Of a DNA stretch of 17,071 nucleotides, positions 10,762-17,071 are shown piece by piece. Both the position numbers and the translations under genes were made by a program. Below the pieces are notes generated by a model. The model saw only the letters and a program-made list of their open reading frames with translations. It was not told where the DNA came from and made no database searches. This DNA is from Octopus sinensis. Lineage: Eukaryota. Position 1 is the stretch's first letter; each line of letters begins with the position of its first letter. Where the stretch lies: assembly GCF_006345805.1 (NCBI RefSeq), contig NW_021824944.1, positions 1 through 17,071 of the forward strand, in the 5' to 3' direction.

Positions 10762-11102
10762 CTGATAGAAGAAAAGAATAAAATCATTAAAAATGGTGTC
10801 TGAAAGGGGAGTCGGGTGTGTGTGAAGAATTAAAAGAAAACTCACAGAAAAAGAGAAGAGAAGAATGAAATTAATTAAACAGGTGAATGATTGGGGTGGG
10901 GAGTAGGTAATAGAGATTTCTATTGTATATACACACACGTGTATACACACATACATATGTACATATAAATATATTATATACAACCACACACACAAACACA
11001 CGCATATAGGATGAATAACTCAATAAATAAACACATAGAGCAGCAAAATGTGTGTGCGTGTGTGTGTGTGTTCGCGTGTGTGTGTGTTCATAATTACATT
11101 TA

Positions 11103-11372
11103 TTCTTTTATTCTTTCATTTGTGTCAGTCATGTGACTGTGGCCATGCTGGAGCACTGTCGTTAGTCGAGCAAATCGACCCCAGTAAGCCTTGTACTTAT
11201 TTTATTCGTTTCTTTTGCAGAAACGCTAGTTTACGGGGACGTAAACACACCAGCATCGGTTGTCAAGCGATGTTGGGGGACAAACACAGACACACAAACA
11301 CACGCACGTACACACAGACACACATAACACACACACACATACACAAACTCATATGTATATATATATATATGT

Positions 11373-11405
<33 letters not shown>

Positions 11406-11597
11406 GATTTATACATATTTATATATATATACATACGACGAGCTTCTTTCAGTCTCCATCTACCAAATCCACTCACAAGGTTTGCTCAGCCTGGGGCTAT
11501 AGCAGAAGACACTTGTACATTGTGCCATGCAGTGAAAATGAACCGGGAACCATGTGGTTGGTAAGCAAGTTACTTACCACACAGCCACACCTGCGCC
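11103..11597 (-). mobile_element. Full-length tRNA-derived SINE, inverted relative to the 2913 and 8943 copies
   Basis: Reverse complement begins ggcgcaggtgtggctgtgtggtaag (A-box-like TGGCTGTGTGG), contains an internal (TA)/(TG) tract, and ends with the ctccagcatggccacagtc tail. Confidence 0.88.
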
Positions 11598-11629
11598 TCT
11601 CTCTCACTACATATATATATACATACACA

Positions 11630-11660
<31 letters not shown>

Positions 11661-11670
11661 AAATAGATCT

Positions 11671-11870
11671 TTTTTACTCTTTTGCTTGTTTCCATCATTT
11701 GACTGTGGCCATGCTGGAGCACCGCATTTAGTCGAGGAAATTGCCACCAGGACATATTATTTGTAAGTCTAGTACTCATTCTATCGATCTCTTTGCCGAA
11801 CCGCTAAGTTACGGGAGCGTAAGCACACCAGCATCGGATGTCAAGCGATGGTGGGGGACAAACACAAACA
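11671..11870 (-). mobile_element. 5'-truncated copy of the same SINE (3' half only)
   Basis: gactgtggccatgctggagcaccgc...gccgaaccgctaagttacggg...tcaagcgatggtgggggacaaac repeats 11135-11290. Confidence 0.85.
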
Positions 11871-12049
11871 AATGCATATATACATATATTTTCTGAAAAT
11901 CCATCCCTTTCAATGTCTTAATCAACAATTATCTCTGGAGTTGTGATTGGTTTGAAACTAATCAATTGCTTCCGTTTTCTTAACATAATAGTCATCGAAA
12001 ATCAATGATTATCATTAAAAAGTAGGAAACACCAGCTGGGCTCAGGAAG

Positions 12050-12080
<31 letters not shown>

Positions 12081-12140
12081 TGGAGTGTGTGTGTGTGTGT
12101 GTTTGTGTATACATGGGCTCAGGAGTATGATATATATATA

Positions 12141-12187
<47 letters not shown>

Positions 12188-12207
12188 TAATACATACATA
12201 CATACAT
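12050..12207. repeat. (TA)n/(TG)n/(CATA)n compound microsatellite
   Basis: Directly visible. Confidence 0.9.
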
Positions 12208-12557
12208 GCTAATATAGGATGAAGTTTATTTTACAGAAAAAATATTCCATCAAAAAATGTGGCAGCATATTAAAATAATTTTACAGTTAAATTATAAACA
12301 ACTTATAAATATGGGCTAAAGAAAAGTATTTCAATGCCAATTTGCTGATAACAACTTTTAAATCGTCAATTTCTACATATTATTTACTCGCTACAGAAAA
12401 AAAAAACACGAAGAACTGAAATCGGGGAAAGCCGGACGATAGAATGTTTTTTAAAAAGTTCGTTATTTCTATATTGAATCAATTTCGGAATTAATCTCAT
12501 AATAGATTCTTTCCCTCTTCAGTAGAACATACGAAAGGATATAAATAAGATACTTAC

Positions 12558-12603
12558 GTCACAACCCCGAGATAGTAAGATCTCCACAGAATGAGGTCGA
12601 TCA
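12558..12603 (-). CDS. 46-nt micro-exon completing an ankyrin repeat
   Basis: Acceptor ctatcttttactctcag|T, donor GAC|gtaagt; phase 2 to 0. Reads (G)DRPHSVEILLSRGCD and splices in frame to VNPRDEDG. Confidence 0.92.
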
Positions 12604-12673
12604 CTGAGAGTAAAAGATAGAAACATTGACTAATTTACATTAAATATGAAAATATTTTGGCTTTGAGACGAAA

Positions 12674-12787
12674 CATCATCGTCATCATCATCACCATCAT
12701 CATCACCTGCAATATTATCATCAATATCATGTTCATCAACATCATTACCATCATCATCATTGCCACCACCTCCATCATTGACATAAT

Positions 12788-12818
<31 letters not shown>

Positions 12819-12964
12819 GCCATCATCATCATCACCCTCATTGCCAACACCATCATCATCATTATCATCTTCAACATCTCCAACATCATCAAAATCAATA
12901 TTATCATCATTCATCACCACTATAATCATAATCATCATCGGCATCATCAGTCATCGTAATAATC

Positions 12965-12996
<32 letters not shown>

Positions 12997-13105
12997 CATC
13001 ATTATCATGATCATGATCATCATAATCATCATCATCATCGTCATCATCACGATAATCATAATAATCATCGTCATCATCATCCACATCATCATCCACATCA
13101 TCACT

Positions 13106-13137
<32 letters not shown>

Positions 13138-13309
13138 TATTATCAACATCTTCATCATCATGGTCGTCATCATCAACGTCGTCATCATGACCATCATCAT
13201 CTTAAACATCACCATCATCGCCTCCATCCGCATCATCACAATCATCATCATCATTATTGTCATCATCATCGTCATCATCATCATCGTCGTTATCGTCATC
13301 ATCATCATC
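12674..13309. repeat. About 0.63-kb degenerate (CAT/ATC)n trinucleotide array
   Basis: Directly visible; explains the poly-His/Ile/Ser and poly-Met/Asp ORFs. Intronic. Confidence 0.97.
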
Positions 13310-13516
13310 GGGATTGTTATGATCGAATAATGACTAATGAATTGGATCGATGACTAAAGAGAAGCTTGTTGTTGTTGTTGTTGTTTGCTAGTCTGCTGTT
13401 GTGCTGTTGTCCCACTGCAACTACTCTGGCCTCTTTGGATATTGAACCTGTGTCTGCAATTGCAACAAATTACAAACAAAAACACATCTGCAGATTTTAC
13501 TTGATTCTCAACTTAC

Positions 13517-13672
13517 CCAAACACAGCCATATGTAAAGCTGTATTACCCCATTGGTCTTTTACTCCCACTTTTCCTCCTGCTGCTATCAAATTTCGATGA
13601 TTCTTCTATCGGCGCCCTTATAACAGGCCAACATTAAAGGAGTTGTTCCATATTCATTAATAGTTTATTAAT
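13517..13672 (-). pseudogene. Ankyrin exon carrying two frameshifts as sequenced
   Basis: Acceptor tcactttcttcattacag|ATT, donor GG|gtaagt (phase 2, matches the next micro-exon); 156 nt. Ankyrin text is split over three frames: INK / NEYGTTPLMLACYKGADRRIIE / LIAAGGKVGVKDQWGNTALHMAVFG. Confidence 0.8.
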
Positions 13673-13710
13673 CTGTAATGAAGAAAGTGAGGACATGTGA
13701 AATAGAGAAA

Positions 13711-16140
13711 TTCCATTTTCTCTCTCTCTCTCTCTTTCTCTCTTTGTTCTCACTCTCTTTCTCGTTTTTTTCCCTCTTTCTCCTCTTCTTCTCTCTCTAT
13801 CTATCTCCCTCTTTCATTTCTTTCATTCTCTTTCTTTTCTCACTTTCTCTCTCTTTCCCTTCTCCTTCTCTGTCTTTCTTTCTTTCTTTCTTTCTCCATG
13901 TCTCTTTTACTCTCTCTCTCTCTTTCTTTTCCTCTTTTCCCATTTTCTTTTCTCTCTTTCTCGCTCTCATTTCCTCCGCTTTCTCCTTTTCTTTTTTCTC
14001 TTATCTTTCTCTTTCTCTATTTTTCAATTTCTCTCTTTCTCTCTCCGTATCTCTCTCTCTCTTTCATTTCTTTCTCTTTCTATTCTTACATTCTTTCTCT
14101 TTCCCTTCTTCTTCTCTCTCTTTCTTTCACCCTCTCTCTTTCTACTCCCTCTTTTCCCTCTCATTCTTTCTTCTTCTCTCTCTTCTCTCCATTTTACTTT
14201 CTCTGTTTCTCTCTTTCTTTCTCCTTCTTTATCTCTTTCTCTCTCTATTACCTTTTTTCGTTCTTTCTCTCTCTGTCTCCTTCACTATTCCTTTTTCCTT
14301 TTCTCTTTCACCCAACCTTTTTTTTTTCATCTCTCTTCTCTTTTACTTTTATCTCTTTCTCTCTCTCTCTTTCTCTTTCTGCTCTCTTTGCCTTTTCTAT
14401 CTTTCTTCCTCTTTCTCTGTTACCTGTCTCTCTTTCTTTGATGCCCTTTCTCCTTTCCTTTACTCTCTCTCTCTCTCCCTTTCCTCTCTCTTTCTTCTTT
14501 CACTCTCTCACATTTTCTTTTCTATCTTTCTCTCTCTGTCTCTTACGATTTGTTTTCTCTTTTTCTCTCTTTCCTTCCCTCTCTCTCTATTTTCTATCTT
14601 TCTTCCTCTCTCTCTATTTCCCACTCTCTTTTCTCTCCTATATTCCCCTCTTTCCCTCTCTGTCTCTCTCTTTCTCTCCCTCTCTTATTCTTATCTCTCA
14701 CTTTCTTTTTCCCCTTTTCCCTCCTTCTTTCTCCCCCTCTCTTTTTCTCTTCTCTCCTTCTCCCCCACTCTTTTACCTTTCTCTCCTGCTTTACTTTTCT
14801 CTCTTATTCTATTCTCTCTTCTTTATCTCTCTCCTTTTCTTTTACCTCTTTCTCTCTTTCTTTCCTCTCTTCCTCTTTCTTTCTGTTATCTCCTTTCTCT
14901 GGCAATTTTTCTCTTCTCTCTTCCTCTCACTCACTCAATTTCCTTTTCTCTCTTCCTCCCTCTCCCTCTCTTTCTTTCTGTCTCTTTGTCCTTTCCTTTT
15001 CCTTTTCTTTCCCTCTTTTCTTTCTCTCCCTTTAAGGGACTCGCGGTTTTCTTTTCTCTCCTTTCTTGCCTTCTCACTTTCTTTTCTCTCTTTCTCCCTC
15101 TTTCTTTTCTCTCATTCTCTTTATCCCTTTTACGTCTCTTTTATCCCTCTCTTTCTCATTTCTCTCTTTCAGTGTTTGTGTTTCCTCTTTCTTCCCCTCT
15201 CTCCCATTTTCTCTCTTTATTTCTCACAGTACCTTTTTCTTCTCTCATTTTCCATCTTTCTCTCATCCTCTCCCTCTTTCCTTTACTATTCTCTCTCTCT
15301 CCCTCTCCTCTCTCTCTTTCTTTTCTCTCTCTTTTTATTTTCTGGTTTTCTTTCTCCTCATCTCTCTTTATATTTTCCTTTTATCCCTTTCTCTCTCTAT
15401 TTCCTTTCTCTCTATCTCTATCTTTTTTTTCTCTCTTTCACCGTTTCTTTGTCTGTTCTCTCTCTTACTCCCTCATTTCCTCATTTGTCTTTGTCTTCCT
15501 CTCGTTTTCTTTTTTCTCTTCTCTTTTTTCTCGCTCTCTCGCTTTTTTCTCCTTCTTTCTCCTTCTGTTTTCTTTTTATATCCTTCTTCCGCTCTCTAAC
15601 TCTCTTTCATTTCTTTATTTCTCTCTTTCTTCCTTCGTTTATTTCTCTTTTCTCTCTCTCCCTTGCTTCTTCTCTTTCTTCCTCTCATTTCTCTCTTTTC
15701 TCTCTCTCTTTCATTTCTCGCTCTCAGTGTTTTTTCTCCTTCTTTCTCTCTCTCGTTTTCTTTTTATCCTTCTTCCTCTCTCTCACTCACTCTTCTCCTC
15801 CCTCTCGTTTCTTTTTCTCTCTCTTTCTTTTCTCGCTCTCTCACTTTTTTCGCCTTCTTTCTCCCTCTCGTTTTCTTTTTATCCTTCTCTCTCTCTCACT
15901 CTTTCATTTCTCTCTTTCTTTCTCTCGTTTCTTTTTCTCTCTCTCTTTCTTTTCTCTCTTGTTTTTCTTTTTTCAATCTCATACTCTTTATCTTTTCTCT
16001 CCTTTTCTCTCTCTCTCTTTCTCTGTTTCGTTTCTCTTTTTGTCTTCTCTATAGTTCTCTCTCAATTTTCCTCTTTTTTTCTTCTATTTTTCTATTCCTG
16101 TCTTCTTTTTTCTCTTTCTTTTTCTATCTCTCTTCTACTT
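13711..16140. repeat. About 2.4-kb CT-rich polypyrimidine low-complexity tract
   Basis: Almost entirely C/T on the + strand; the 859-aa and 718-aa F/L/S ORFs exist only because purine scarcity removes stop codons. Confidence 0.97.
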
Positions 16141-16176
16141 GTTTCAGTTATGAGACTGCGGCCATGCTGGGGCTCC
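16132..16176 (-). mobile_element. SINE 3' tail fragment
   Basis: cttgtttcagttatgagactgcggccatgctgggg is the reverse complement of the tail shared by the other copies. Confidence 0.7.
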
Positions 16177-16410
16177 TCCTCGATTTTGTCTTTTATGTGT
16201 TGTACCTTTTCTGTCACATTAGCACCAACCTATAGCTCTCTTTTGCTTCAGGCCTAAGTAACAGGGATGCTAATACACCAACACCGATTATCAATTAGCA
16301 GTTAGGGACACACACTAGCATAGATACACATGCATACACATACACACACCAAACACACACACACACACACACACATATATACGAGTTAATAACACCTGTA
16401 AGGATGTGTT

Positions 16411-17071
16411 TTATCTATTCACCAAAGTGAATGGAGCCTGCAGAAAGCTCTTATATCTGTCACACTTCCGTTCATGGGCCTCGTTACAACCCGCACCCCA
16501 CGTGACTGTTCGTTTAATTATGATAATTTTCTGGGCCTTTTCAGACCACAGGAGCACATCTGGCCTCAGGGTTGTATGGATAACCTGGGGAAACTGCAAT
16601 CTCTTCCCTAAATCTACCTTCATTATCCCATGGTTGAGACCCTTGCAGCAAGCTATGTATTGCTTCTGCTGGCCTTACTGGTTTTTGTCCCTCTTTCACG
16701 AACTTAATTGTGGAAGTTATCTTCCCTTGGTGATGATGTTTCTTACATCTTTACTGCTCCAGGATGTGAGCAAGTATTTGTATCTGCCTTGAGTAAGTGT
16801 TATTCTGCACCCTTCCAGGATGTGTGCCAGAGTGCCCCTTTCCACAAAGTCTACACAGCTGGTCTTCCCTCAAACCTTATCTGTGCTGGTTTGTTGGCGT
16901 CGGGAGTGTGTCATACACCGCTCCATGCAGGAAGGAGATGTGCAAAGGTTCCAGCCTCCACATGTCAGTCCATGTGATCTTCCTCTTAGGGAGATCTGTC
17001 TCCATCTGTCTCTCATCTCTTGAACTGAATACTTCCCGCCAGAACCACCCCATTGCAGTGTTTGATGGATT
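16411..17071 (-). mobile_element. Decayed RLE-type non-LTR retrotransposon 3' region (HERO-like): zinc knuckle + restriction-like endonuclease
   Basis: Minus strand, across frameshifts: RKITWTDMWRLEPLHISFLHGAVYDTLPTPTN; CRLCGK/GTLAHILEGC...TQGRY (CCHC knuckle); IKFVKEG; MKVDLGKRLQFPQVIHTTLRPDVLLWSEKAQKIIII...TVTW...EAHERK..RY (RPD...E..K RLE). Runs off the window end. Confidence 0.88.

Larger units (their letters stand above)
26..13672 (-). other. Multi-exon ankyrin-repeat + C3HC4 RING gene (Mind bomb/MIB2-like E3 ligase C-terminal architecture); probably incomplete at both ends and frameshifted as sequenced
   Basis: Seven exons with canonical AG/GT boundaries. Exons 12603-12558, 10761-10607, 9642-9606, 6040-5831 and 4208-4034 splice in frame to DRPHSVEILLSRGCD|VNPRDEDGRTPLHVACSRGHL...GDTPLHKAVRK|RKYKVVCAMLKQ|GSVQFDIPNHQRMTPLLEAVSRG...LLNE|CCTALN...TPLDL. 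A RING exon follows. The Mind bomb similarity is inferred from domain order only. Confidence 0.88.

Noticed and set aside
12037-12128. tgggctcagga(a)gtat duplicated 77 nt apart
   Set aside because: Short local slippage duplication between microsatellites; not a CRISPR-like or functional array.
5048-12207. Many 60-130 aa Y/I/H/T/C/V-rich ORFs
   Set aside because: Translations of (TA)n, (CA)n and (TG)n microsatellites.
12630-13353. Poly-His, poly-Ile, poly-Met and poly-Asp ORFs
   Set aside because: Translations of the (CAT)n array inside a defined intron.
13678-16257. 859-aa, 718-aa and shorter F/L/S-rich ORFs on the + strand
   Set aside because: Artefacts of a nearly purine-free tract that cannot form stop codons; no domain signal.
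16216-16290. Candidate further upstream exon ending GANVTEK|gtacaa
   Set aside because: An in-frame TAG immediately precedes it and the acceptor is unconvincing.

Overview
Eukaryotic, AT-rich, microsatellite- and SINE-dense DNA. The SINE families look like octopus (coleoid cephalopod) repeats, judged from recall rather than a search. The main content is a minus-strand multi-exon gene that the ORF track mostly misses. I traced seven GT-AG exons by hand: 13672-13517, 12603-12558, 10761-10607, 9642-9606, 6040-5831, 4208-4034 and 167-26. They encode a run of ankyrin repeats followed by a C3HC4 RING finger, the architecture of the C-terminal half of Mind bomb (MIB1/MIB2)-like E3 ubiquitin ligases. 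As sequenced, the gene has three frameshifts (two in the 13.6-kb exon, one just before the RING exon), so it is either a young pseudogene/truncated allele or carries assembly indels. The ankyrin part is built from frame-symmetric two-exon modules, and one module is bracketed by inverted SINE copies. The introns hold a decayed APE+RT LINE (CR1/L2-like), a mariner 3' end, a HERO-like RLE retrotransposon remnant, several SINEs, two fold-back/MITE-like elements, a 0.6-kb (CAT)n array and a 2.4-kb polypyrimidine tract. Nearly all long ORFs in the track are low-complexity artefacts.
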